Shown: piece after piece, positions 38,201 to 49,200 of the stretch
Position numbering within the stretch: position 1 is the stretch's first letter
Layout of the letters: each line of letters opens with the position of its first letter
Source: Piromyces finnis finn
Lineage: Eukaryota; Fungi; Neocallimastigomycota
Length of the DNA: 64,000 nucleotides
NCBI GenBank assembly: GCA_002104945.1
Contig: MCFH01000011.1
Coordinates: 372,001-436,000, forward strand
Direction: 5' to 3'
Translations under genes and position numbers: made by a program
Notes under the pieces: generated by a model
Database searches by the model: none
Told to the model about the DNA's origin: nothing
What the model saw: the letters and a program-made list of their open reading frames with translations, nothing else

Positions 38201-38850
38201 TGTGATTCCTTCTACTACGAGCTTAAAAGAAAATTGAGGTAACTGAAAGTTTCTTCTTTAACATGTGTAAGATTTTAATACAATCTTTCGTTGAACCATG
38301 AATCTTTACTAAAAAAAAGTGATCATTGAAAGTCCGAAAATATTTCACACTAATAACTGAATTAAATTTATCTTCCAGAATAACCTCGAGTTTTTCCCAT
38401 AGCATACTAACTGACCATGATCGAATAACACGAATAAAGAAGGTGCTAATATCATCTAAGAGGATACTATAAGACCGAGTACCACGTCTGATATAATTCT
38501 TATATTTAATATAAAGGACTGACATGATAATTAATTAATTCTAACTAAAAAATATTGAATATAAAATAAATACTAATAAAAATTATAAATATAACGTATA
38601 TGGGAAAAATCTGTCTCTCTCTTCTTAAAAGTACTGGATAATACAAAAATTGTTATGATGTTTTGATTAAAGCTTCTTTTTGAATTCTAGTTATAAATTT
38701 TCTATAAAAATTCTAGTTTTGGTTTGTTGTTAGTAAATTCGATTCGCTTTTTGACACTAAAATTATTTGACTTTACTTTTCATTAAATATTTAAATTGGT
38801 AAAAAATTTTGAATCAAGAATGTCGACACCAGAAAGCTTGTGAATAGAAT
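35270..38850 (-). mobile_element. Near full-length but decayed LINE family 1, copy C: 5' UTR, ORF1 (38525-), APE endonuclease, RT, internal deletion of ~0.95 kb before the 3' UTR
   Basis: Minus-strand motifs: APE (CLSWNTNGW, CFQEAG, LVGNFN, NIDHAL, VSDHKP) and RT (KALGPDGIP, AFLDLRKAYDSV, GIRQGCLFSPILFNIFINDI, FADDIVI). Many stops and frameshifts. At ~35590 the RT thumb joins directly to the 3' UTR, skipping the segment seen at ~30915-31870 in copy B. Confidence 0.93.
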
Positions 38851-39519
38851 TTTTACATGATGTAGAGTGAATTAATCTCTTACAAGAAACAATACAACAA
38901 TAGCTACATGAATATAAAAATACAATGCAAATGCTAGAGTTGACTGCATTGGATTCTTACAAGAGAAGAGTAGTACTACATGAATACATGAATAAAAGAA
39001 AAAATACAACAACAAAATGTATTGCTTTTCTAATTAAATACTATACAAATTTACCTAAATACCAAACATTCAACTTATCCATCAAATACTTAAATTCGAT
39101 GGATAAATGTTTTTTAATCGCTCAGTACCATGAGCTTAGTCCTTATAATTTTCCTTGAAAGACTAACCAAGCATCCATTGCGAAATACTTGGATTTTTTC
39201 TACTCTCTCAGTATTATGGACATGAGTAGAGACCCTTGAGAAACTTCATTTATTAAATAAATGAAGGCACATTCCCACAGGAATACGTCATTGATATCAA
39301 ATGTATAACTCTATAAATTAATTATTTATTTTAAAATTACATACATCATTGATATCAATTATATAACTCTATAATTTTAAAATTACATAACATATTTTAT
39401 TTATATTTAATATATTTCTCATCTATCATCTATATTATATTTTTAAAATTCATTTTATAAAAAAAAACACTTTATTTACTATACAAAAAAAAATATTTTT
39501 ACTTGTTATAAATATATCT

Positions 39520-41000
39520 TTATTTTATTTATTATATAGGGTTTCATGGAAATAATATTTGTACATCAACTGATGGATCATATAATTTAATTAATTGATC
39601 ATTATTACCAGTTAATTGATTCAATGTATCATATTTATCTATTAACATCTACATCACTTGAAAAATATTTATTATAACATCCAATTGCAAAATTAATATA
39701 TATTTCTATAAAATATGTGTTAACAGCACTACATGATTTAATTCTAGAAGTACCAGAATCTGGTCAGTTATTATCGTATATTTCACGTAATTTTGGTATA
39801 ATATCAACTATAGTCTCATATGTCGGATTAGGTTCCTTAACATCAAAACAATTTTTTATTTTAAATAATTATTACCTAGTTTAGCAATCTCTCCCTTATT
39901 ATTTGTTGCTGCTAAAATTAATAATGCATATTCTTCATTTCCAAAATTATTAAGATCACAGGTTACTTGATATAAACCAAGTAATAAAAAATTTAATATA
40001 TTAATAATCATTTTATACATATTATATTTAATAAAAGTTTTAAAAGATATAACTTTATTCCAATAATATATATTAACGACAATAAAAATAACTATTAAAT
40101 ACTTTATGTGGGGTATTCATTAGTATTTTAAATATTTTGTGAATATAATAAGGTCATTTATATTTATTATAACTATTATCAATAAATACAATTTGATTAT
40201 CTATATATTTAATATCATGTCAATATTCATCATAATATATTAATATATTAATTAAAAATTTACTATATTTATTATGAATTAAGGATGCTAAATAACATAA
40301 TTTTATCATAAAACATTCAGTATAATTATCAAATTCTAATTTTAAACTTAAAATATAATTAGGATCTTTTAATATTCTATCAATTGTTTTATATTTTTTT
40401 AAAAATAAATTAACAAAATTATAATTTATATCTCCAGGATTTAATACATTTGAATCTACATAATTTAACTTTCCTTTATATTGAGGATCAATTATATTTA
40501 TTAATTTACTTTTTGTGTTATATTCTTACTTGTAACCTCTATAATAACTTTCATCCTTATCATTAACACCATCTGTATTATTATCATTATTATCATTATC
40601 ATCTTTTGTATTATTATCTTCTTTCTTAATTATTTTAATTTTAGAGACAATTTCACAAAAATCAATATTATATCTTTTTGATAATTGATGATTATAACAT
40701 AAACTAAAAAAATTAAAACTTTCTAAATTAAAATCACTAAAACATATATTAAGAAAATTTTCTACAGTTTTATCTTGACATTTAAAATATAATTTATTTT
40801 TTATACATATTTTATCTGAATAATATTTTAATACTTCCAGAGAATGATTCATTGGAACTCTATAGCCACTAATACTTTTAATTTTTAAATTATATTGTTT
40901 AATTATATCTAAACAATAATTCAATATATTAATATCTTTACCATATTTTTCAATAATTTCTGTTATAAAAATCTTTAGCATTTTCTTCGCGGGATTTTAC
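39520..41000 (-). pseudogene. Decayed or frameshifted gene of unknown family
   Basis: A 151-codon ORF (40981-40526) ends at a donor-like GTAAGA. It is followed by coding-like segments in shifting frames (NIIDPQYKGKLNYVDSNVLNPGDINYNF; ILKDPNYILSLKLEFDNYTECFMIKLCYL; FDVKEPNPTYETIVDIIPKLRENI; DKYDTLNQLTGNNDQLIKLYDPSVDVQILFP). Confidence 0.45.
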
Positions 41001-41634
41001 CATAATGAAATTGATATTTATTTATTAACAATATATATTAAGTAAAAAAATCAACTTATTTTATACCCGTCTTGTATTTAAATTTAATTAATGATTATCA
41101 AAAGTATTATTTATCAACTTTTCATAAAAGTTGTGAAAAAAAGTCCTTTTGCAATTCTAAAAAAATAATAAAGGTTAAAAAATTTGCAGCCGTTTTTTTT
41201 TAAAAGAAAATTCTTTTTTAATATATTAAACTAAATAAAAATAACTTTAAATAGATTATTATATTATTATCAGAATTAGTTCAAGAATAAGAATAGGTCG
41301 AAGTCATTATAATTAAAATTTTAAATATAAAATTTTATTTATTTATTTTAATTATTAACAATTTCTACTAAGTAAAGCTTCATTGAAATTATTAATTCTT
41401 ATATAATAATGTGGTTTGGTATAAAACTATGTTAACATGATTGTGGTCAGGTGTATTAAGGTTAAGAACATTTATTATAATACATTTGATAATTATAAAT
41501 TTATATAATTTATATATTAATATATATATATATTTACGAATACTTTAAGAGCTATATTTTTATTTAATTAAAATTAAAATTATATATTTATGTTTTATAG
41601 AAATATCATTGCATCATTGCTTACATACAAATAA

Positions 41635-41705
41635 AGAGCCAACATTTCTCTAAGAACCACCATTGAAGCTAACTCTGATTGATGGGAAGTTAATAAAAAA
41701 TATAT
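41635..41705 (+). mobile_element. Short 3'-tail copy of the candidate SINE
   Basis: GAGCCAACATTTCTCTAAGAACCACCATTGAAGCTAACTCTGATTGATGGGAAGTTAA plus an A-rich tail matches the reverse complement of 42508-42577. Confidence 0.8.
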
Positions 41706-41974
41706 ATATAAATTTCATATTTTATTTCTGTTTTTTTACTTATATAATCACTTTTCTTTTTATCTTCTGATTTATCAAAAGTACCAGCAAGAAGCAACTC
41801 AGATTTAGCAATAGCATCAGTATTTTTCATTTTGTTTTCCAATTTATCAAAAACATCAGTGTTTTTCATTTCATCTTCTAATTCTTTGAAAATATCAGAA
41901 TCTAAAATATTTTTCGAATGTACGAAAGCTATTATTGATAAAAATATTAAAATAAATTATTTTTTTAACATCAT
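41690..41974 (-). pseudogene. Small secreted-protein ORF with an in-frame stop at codon 6
   Basis: MMLKK*FILIFLSIIAFVHSKNILDSDIFKELEDEMKNTDVFDKLENKMKNTDAIAKSELLLAGTFDKSEDKKK...: signal-peptide-like start and an internal 13-aa repeat. The 3' end abuts the SINE-tail insertion. Confidence 0.55.
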
Positions 41975-42199
41975 TCTAATATTTCAATAGGAAAAGTAAT
42001 TCTTTATCTATATATTTTGTTGTTTAAAATTAATAATACTAAGTACTATAGTATATTATTCGTTTTTAATTTTTAACTGCTTCGTTTAGTTAACCTTTTA
42101 AAAATTTTTTTTTAATATATAAATTTCAAGAATTCATTTTATAACTTAAAAAATACAAAATAGCATTAAATACAATTAATAAAATCAGTAATATTATCA

Positions 42200-42294
<95 letters not shown>

Positions 42295-42298
42295 TCTA

Positions 42299-42345
<47 letters not shown>

Positions 42346-42350
42346 TCTAA
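42200..42350. repeat. Long (ATT)n microsatellite interrupted twice by CTCTAA
   Basis: About 30 ATT units, then TTACTCTAA, about 15 more units, then TTACTCTAA again. Confidence 0.92.
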
Positions 42351-42499
42351 TTATTAATTATAATTATTATTTAATCCATTTTATAAAGCGGAAAAATAAT
42401 GAAAAATAATTTTCTATTTTTATTATCCAAAACTTTATTATTTATTTCTACATTATAACTAATTTCATACATTTTGTAATCGTTGTTTGTATATTTTTT

Positions 42500-43049
42500 T
42501 TTTTTTTTAACTTCCGAGTGCATTTCTCCCATCGATCAGAGTTAGCTCCAAGGTGGTTCTTAGAGAAACGTTGGCTCATTCCTATTGCTAGGTGGTTGTG
42601 ACCCTCCTGGTCTGTCATACTGTTTCTTCAGCTTCGACGCTCACTTAATCCATGTACACTAGATGCATGTCGTTGTACGATATTTCACAACTACAATGCT
42701 AAGCCTCTTATAGTCAATTTGATCACGTGTCAACCGCCCCCTAATGTTTACACTTAAATTGATTAAGGAATATTATGTGTTTTTGGCATAGCCTAAGTCA
42801 CCACTTATTAAGTTCTAATTTGGAATGTACCATGTACACTAGACCCTCTCAGGCCGGCTAGACGAGTGTTATTATCATAGTAGTAAATTAGAAAGTTCAT
42901 TTATACTTACCTGAATATCATAACCCAACCCATGGCAAACCCAGTGGGAAAATCCACAGGCACTGACATCTGCGGGGTCGAACCAGAAGCCTTATGTATG
43001 CTAAGGAAACGCCTTAACAACCAGGATAAAAACTGGAACGACATCAGTG
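42500..43049 (-). mobile_element. Candidate tRNA-derived SINE (~550 bp): tRNA-like Pol III head, unique body, LINE-related 3' tail, poly(A)
   Basis: Minus strand: A-box-like TATCCTGGTTGTTAAGGCG, anticodon-like loop TTAGCAT (as in tRNA-Ala AGC), B box GGTTCGACCCC (42984-42974), and an acceptor-like stem CACTGATGTC/GATGTCAGTG. The tail GAGCGTCGAAGCTGAAGAAACAGTATGACAGACCAGGAGGGTC resembles the LINE-1 3' UTR. It ends in an A15 run. Confidence 0.7.
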
Positions 43050-43051
43050 TT

Positions 43052-43761
43052 TGTTAAGGAACCAACAAATAATGTTATTCTTGTCATAATTAATGATTAT
43101 GACCTAATCCATTCATTATTGTTCCTAAATGTATGAAAACTTTACAATATTCTTATTTGTAAATTAATGTATACACTTAAATTATATTTAAAATTATTAA
43201 TAATTATTTTTTATTGAACTTAAATTTTATTTTATTAAACTTAAAAATTAATTTAGTAATAATAATATATTGAAAATTATAGTTTATTGAACTTTTAGTT
43301 TAATTTATCAAGTTAATGAATTTTTATTAATTAAAATTATGAATAATATTTCTGTAAAATAGTAAAATTTTTTAGTTAAATATATTTAAAGTAAACTTTT
43401 AATGTATGTTAATCAATTTAATAATATGTATAAATATTTATTATAATAGTAATGTAATTTTATTATTCATTTAAAAGTAATTTAAATACTAAAATTATGT
43501 AAATAATTAAAGACTAATTCTTTTAATTAACACTACTTAATTTTTTACAAAAAGTATAAAAAGGTGTATATTATAAGAATTAGAGAATATACAGATATTT
43601 TTATTTTTATTTTTATTTTATTTTATAATTTTATATTAATATCTTAATAAAACAATTTTATTAATAAAACAATTTTTCTTATTTCATTTTAATATTATTT
43701 TTGAGTATTAATAAATTTATTAATATTTTATAAATAAAAGTAAATTCCTCGAACCGTAACA
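43052..43761 (+). repeat. 5' LTR (710 bp)
   Basis: TGTTAAGG...CCGTAACA; no mismatch to 50267-50976 was found by eye. Confidence 0.97.
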
Positions 43762-43768
43762 TAAAAAT

Positions 43769-43786
43769 TGGTGGAGATATCGGGGA
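43769..43786 (+). other. Primer-binding site complementary to a tRNA-Ala 3' end
   Basis: TGGTGGAGATATCGGGGA lies 7 nt after the 5' LTR. Eukaryotic tRNA-Ala 3' ends give TGGTGGAGATGCCGGGGA (16/18 match). Confidence 0.8.
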
Positions 43787-44633
43787 ATAATATTAATAAA
43801 AATTATTAATACATAGGATAAAGTAATATTAAAATATTACTAAAATATTATATAAATTTCTTAAAAATTTATTACCCTTCAAAGTTATAGGTAATATTTA
43901 TATTACTGTTGAAGCTTTAAGGTATAATATTTTAGTAGAACTGAATTAGTACGCTTTAGAAGCAGTACTTATTTAGGAATTAGTGGTTAAGTTTTTAGGT
44001 CTAGTTTATCTTTCACAGTAGGATACTGGAAAGCGCTGAACCTTTCTATTTTGCTAGAGAAATAGAAGTGCCTCGCATAATTGCTACATGACACTGGTAA
44101 TACGGTAAGCTGGGCAATTGTGAACTACTTAAGCACCCTAAATAAGTATTGGAAAATTGCTGTGAAATGCTGTTCTACTATACTTATTATTGTAATTCAA
44201 ATTTTTAATAAATTAAATATTATTTTAGTATTTATAATTTTTTAAAAAAAAAAAAATATTTTTTTTTAATTGAACGATTTTTAAAAATTATTCTTTTTAA
44301 AATATAAATAAATAATTCGAAAGTGACCCTTAGCGTGGCAAGTTAAACTGCTGTACGTAATACTTTGGTGTTCAATTATATCTGATAATTGGGGAAGATA
44401 ATCAATTATTTTCTTTCCGCTAATTAAGTTAGTGATAATAAAGAAATTAATTACGTTACTTCCTTTTATTAAATTATATTTAATATTAACCATCGGGTAT
44501 ATTTGTGGCTTATCATCAAAGAGCTACGAGGGATTTTCACTTAGAATTACACAACCTATAATACTTGATGGTTTAACATTATATAGGTTGGCCTATATTT
44601 TTATAAAAAGAAATAAGTTTTTAAATAATAATT

Positions 44634-44688
<55 letters not shown>

Positions 44689-45318
44689 GATATATATATC
44701 TATTCTTTTTGTTGATTCTCTTCGAGTAATTTAATATTGCTAATTGAAATATTCTTTTCTTACTGTTTTAAGTTAAACAAGTTATATCAGCATAGACAAG
44801 CCTTATTAACTAATCAACAGAGGTATACTAGGGGTGGTAGAAAGATCCTGAAGCACGTGACGGAACTTAGATCGTGTGAATAAGGTGACGGCAACATTTA
44901 CCATTGGACGAAAGACTCTTAGTTAATAGTCTATTATATATAATTTGGTCGGTAACTTGAATCAGTAATAACAATATTAAATTAAAATTCTTGCTAGTAA
45001 ATTGAAAACAAATAATAATTAACTATAAGAAAAACAGAAAACAAAAGTAATAATTTCGTCTTTTCTGACTGAACTAAGATAGTAAGGAGTGATACTAAAA
45101 ATTTAAATAAATAATTGGTAGTACGTGCTGTGCTAGATTATTTGTATCTCATTCTGTCAAGTGGTCGATAAAGGAATTTCGAGCTTGGTTACAACTAATA
45201 AGTGGTCGATAAAGGAATTTCGAACTTATAATTTTTTTTTAGACTATCAAAGGTATTTTTGAGTCTATACTGTGTCATCTTGTACTGCAATAAATTCGGT
45301 CAAGGAAAATACAAGAAA

Positions 45319-46200
45319 ATGAGCAATTCTACTACAAGGATAGATTTCAAGGAGTTGAAGAAGGAACTCAAGGATATAGAAAAACTTTCCAAAGATAATT
45401 TGGACATAAGATCCTGGGCTTCTGAAATAAGTTTATGGATTGAACTTCAAGATATCACTAGTGCCAAGAAAATTTACATGGCATGTGTGCTTACTTCTAA
45501 GGGTGAACCAAGAAAGGTAATCCAAGAGTTGGAAGATAAAGACAGTGATAGTGAAGATGAATATGAAAGTGAAAATGAAGAAGAGAATCAGAAAAATGAA
45601 TCTAATGAAGAAGATTATCCCTCACTTGGGAAAATTATCAATGCCCTTGAAACATTTTATGGGTTAAAAGAAGATCAAAGTATGTTATTACGGGAACTAA
45701 GAAGACTACGTATAAGAAGAAATGAATCAGTTAAAGATTTCAATAGAAGATATAGATCTTTATATTTAAAGTTGGATAAGAAAAAGAAGAAGCAGATTAG
45801 TGTGTTAGATTATGCAGATTCTTTACAAAATAATAAAGAAGCATGGAGAAAAGTATCTTTAAAAGATGATATCACTCTAGAAAAGGCCTTTAAGATAGCT
45901 GAGAAGGTAGATAGGTTATCTACTAGAATAGATAATGATGGTAATCTACCAACGACTACTGCAATAACCAAAAGTTATAATAATTTTCAACCATACAAGA
46001 GAAAAGTTTCTTTTACTGAAGCCAAAAAGCCTAATAAAGATGATGAAATGAATAACCTAGTCAAGAAAATGAAAAATTTAACTATTAAAGCTTGTTTCTT
46101 CTGTAGTGAACCTGGTCATTATCAACAAAATTGCCCAAAACTTCAAGCCATTATTGAAGGAAACAAGAAGCGTTATTATGATAATCATTTAAATCATTAA
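45319..46200 (+). CDS. gag: Gag (capsid plus CCHC zinc knuckle)
   Basis: First ATG at 45319 (the ORF-track TTG at 45259 is unlikely). LRELRRLRIRRNESVKDFNRRY is a retrotransposon-gag-like block, and CFFCSEPGHYQQNC is a CX2CX4HX4C knuckle. Confidence 0.93.
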   Translation: MSNSTTRIDFKELKKELKDIEKLSKDNLDIRSWASEISLWIELQDITSAKKIYMACVLTSKGEPRKVIQELEDKDSDSEDEYESENEEENQKNESNEEDYPSLGKIINALETFYGLKEDQSMLLRELRRLRIRRNESVKDFNRRYRSLYLKLDKKKKKQISVLDYADSLQNNKEAWRKVSLKDDITLEKAFKIAEKVDRLSTRIDNDGNLPTTTAITKSYNNFQPYKRKVSFTEAKKPNKDDEMNNLVKKMKNLTIKACFFCSEPGHYQQNCPKLQAIIEGNKKRYYDNHLNH

Positions 46201-46240
46201 GTGGGAGAAGAAGCACTCCCATCGTCAATAAAATAGCTTC
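46188..46240 (+). other. -1 programmed ribosomal frameshift signal (slippery heptamer plus H-type pseudoknot)
   Basis: T TTA AAT at 46188-46194 in gag frame, a 7 nt spacer, stem 1 TGGGAG/CTCCCA and stem 2 GAAGC/GCTTC. The pol frame is -1 relative to gag and open from the heptamer. Confidence 0.8.
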
Positions 46241-46256
46241 AGCTCAGTATCAGTCA

Positions 46257-49200
46257 ATGCCAAGTGAAGAAACAACAAGCCAGAGTGATTGGTCGAAAGA
46301 AGAATATGATGAAGAAATCGAAAGTGACTTTGAAGATACTGATATTAATGAACAGTTCTTTGTATGTGCTAATAAAAGGAAGTTGGATAAAATAAGCAAA
46401 GAACAAGATGGTAATAAAGAAAAACGACTTCACAAAAACTTGAAAAATGATCCTAGACCTATTCTTACACCTGCTCTTAGGAAACGTAAAGCACAAGAAT
46501 TAGAAAATATACCAATAGATGTTTCTCCTAAGCAACTGCATCCTTCTATTATTGCTCAACCGAATATCAGAGAACAAAAACTAAAAGAAAGAAAACTTCG
46601 GGATAAAGAGCGTGCTAGTAGTAGTGAACAAAAGGAAGAAGAAAAGAATGAATTGGCAAGTTCTAATGAAGATCCTATTATTATCGACTATGATGAAGAA
46701 GAAATGTTGTCTGCAATTACAGATAAGAAAGGTGCTAAGGTGGTAGAGAAAGATAACACAAGTGAATCAACCAAATCTACTTCTAATTCAACTCTAAATA
46801 AATTAATGAAAGAGCAAAAGAAAGAAAAACCTGCAGAATCGAAGGTTAAGAAAACTGCTAGAAATATTCAAATGATAGCAGATACGGAAGAATATAATGT
46901 AGTTAAAGATCTTAACGAAACAAAATGCAATATTACTTTTGGTCAATTACTTAACTCGGCTCCAAAGTTACGAACGCAAGTGTCACAAGGTCTTAAACTG
47001 GAAAAGAACAACACAAAAATTGTGGGAGCTCTGGAGAATTTTAATGCTACTTCGGTATTAGTAAATAATGTAGATCATTTGTATGTAAGCAAAAGTAAAG
47101 AAGTATCAGAAGAAGATATCGCTATGGTAGATGCAACGGTTGATGGGGTACCAGGTAAATTATTAGTTGATTCCTGTAGCAACTTAAGTATTATAACAAA
47201 AAAATATTTAGATAAACTTCCCCATCAATATGAATCTATTGGATTGAGTTGTGGAAGAATACGTTTAGCTACTAAAAATGATGACTATTCGGAAGGTATA
47301 ATTATTAGAGTACCGGTCCAGATAAATGATCTTACAATCACTGCTGATTTTAGAGTGGTGGATAAAGAAGACCCCTTTTATGATATGTTAATTAATTTGA
47401 AAACCCAAATGGATAACAACTTATTTATCCACCCACTTCGCTATAGTCTTTGCAGATTTAATTCAAATGGATTTATTGAAGATATTGCTCCAATTAATAA
47501 CAAATATGATGATGAAGAAAAGATTATGTGTATGATACGTAGAGTCGGTGATGAAGATTTTAAAAGTGATTTGAAAAATATTGAAGGTTTACCACCTTCA
47601 GAATATATTCACAATAAAAATTTTACTGAGACTCTTAATGAAAAGTATCGAGAACAAATTGTTCGGATATTGGAAGAGAATATTGAAATTATTGCTACTT
47701 CTTCTGAAGAACTAACACCTTCGAATTTAACTCCCCATAAGATTAATTTAAAGCCAGGAGCAAAGCCAATTAAACAAAGATCATATAGGTTAGCCAAGTT
47801 CAAATCTGATATACTTAAGGAAGAATTGTCTAAATTGATTAATAAAAAGCTAATTGAGCCATCGTACTCGGAATGGTCTTCTCCGGTGGTTTTGGTCCCG
47901 AAGCATAATGGGAAATGGAGAATGTGCGTGGACTATCGAAGAGTTAATGATTTGTCTGAAAAGGATGCCTATTCAATTCCTTTTATAGATGAGATATTTG
48001 ATAGTTTACATGGTGCAACTATATTCACTACTATGGACTTATATTCCGGCTATCATCAAATCCTTATGGATGAAGAAAGCGTTGAATTGACAAGTTTTAC
48101 AACTAAGTTTGGAAATTACCAATTCAAGGTTATGCCTTTTGGTCTCACTGGAGCACCCGCTACATTTCAGAGGGAGATGAATCGGATTCTGTTTCCGTTA
48201 ATTGGAAAGTGTGTTTATAACTTCATTGATGATATTCTGATCTATTCAAAGAGTATTGAAGAACATATTGAACATATAAATCAAGTTTTAGCAATTTTCC
48301 GGGAAAACAAACTAAAAATCAATATTGAAAAATGTCATTTTATGCAAACTGAAGTTGACGTGTTAGGCCATCGTTTAACTACAGAAGGTCTTAAACCATT
48401 AGATAACAAAATCCAAGCTATAAAAAATTGGAAACCTCCTTCGAATATCCATGAATTAAGATCATTCCTAGGTTCAATTGGATATTATAGAGATTTTATT
48501 CCTAATTATGCTAAACTTACTGCTCCCTTGTGTAAGCTGCTTAGAAAAGGTGTTCCTTTCAAATGGTGTAATGAACAACAAGAGAGTTTTATTATATTGA
48601 AAGAAAAGTTAATTAATGCGCCTATTCTGAAATTCCCTGATTTTGAGAAAGAATTTATAATCCGAACAGATGCATCGTATGAAGGAATCGGAGGAGTATT
48701 ATTACAAAAGGAAGGTACCGATATTGAACATCCAATTCATTATATTAGCCGAAGTCTGACGAAAGCAGAAAAAAATTATGGAATTACTGACTTGGAAGGG
48801 ACTGCCTTATTTTACTGCATTACTAAATTAAAGCCTTATATAATGGGAAGTCCATTCAAGACTATCGTCTATACTGATCATAAACCATTAATTGGATTAT
48901 TTAAAAATAAGGAGCCAAACAATGCAAGACAAACAAGATGGTGTTTAACAGCTAGTATGCTAGGAGTTGATATTCGTTATGAACAAGGTAAAAAGAATGT
49001 TGTAGCAGATGCACTGTCTCGAATGAGAAATGACAAAGATAAGGAAGTGTTAGCTACTAAAATTAATAAAGGTATAGAAGAAACCATGCTATCTAAGGTA
49101 ATTAAAGAATTTGTTGAAGAAAAGTTCACCAAAATAGATGGGGTGGATTACTTTATTGATGGAAGGAATTATCGAAAACTGATCACGGAAACCAATGAAA

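Noticed and set aside
38880-39300. GC-richer segment next to the LINE 5' end, including ORF 38925-39158
   Set aside because: Probably a TE remnant, but no frame gives a recognisable motif, so it cannot be supported as a gene or assigned to a family.
42903-43000. U1 snRNA gene (ATACTTACCTG start)
   Set aside because: Only the first 11 nt match; there is no U1-70K loop (GATCACGAAG), U1A loop or Sm site downstream. It is better read as a splice-donor motif on the opposite strand.
42955-43049. Functional tRNA-Ala gene
   Set aside because: The anticodon stem cannot pair (TTTCC vs ACATA), the T stem has a mismatch, the D region is too long and contains a T5 run. It is treated as a SINE head.
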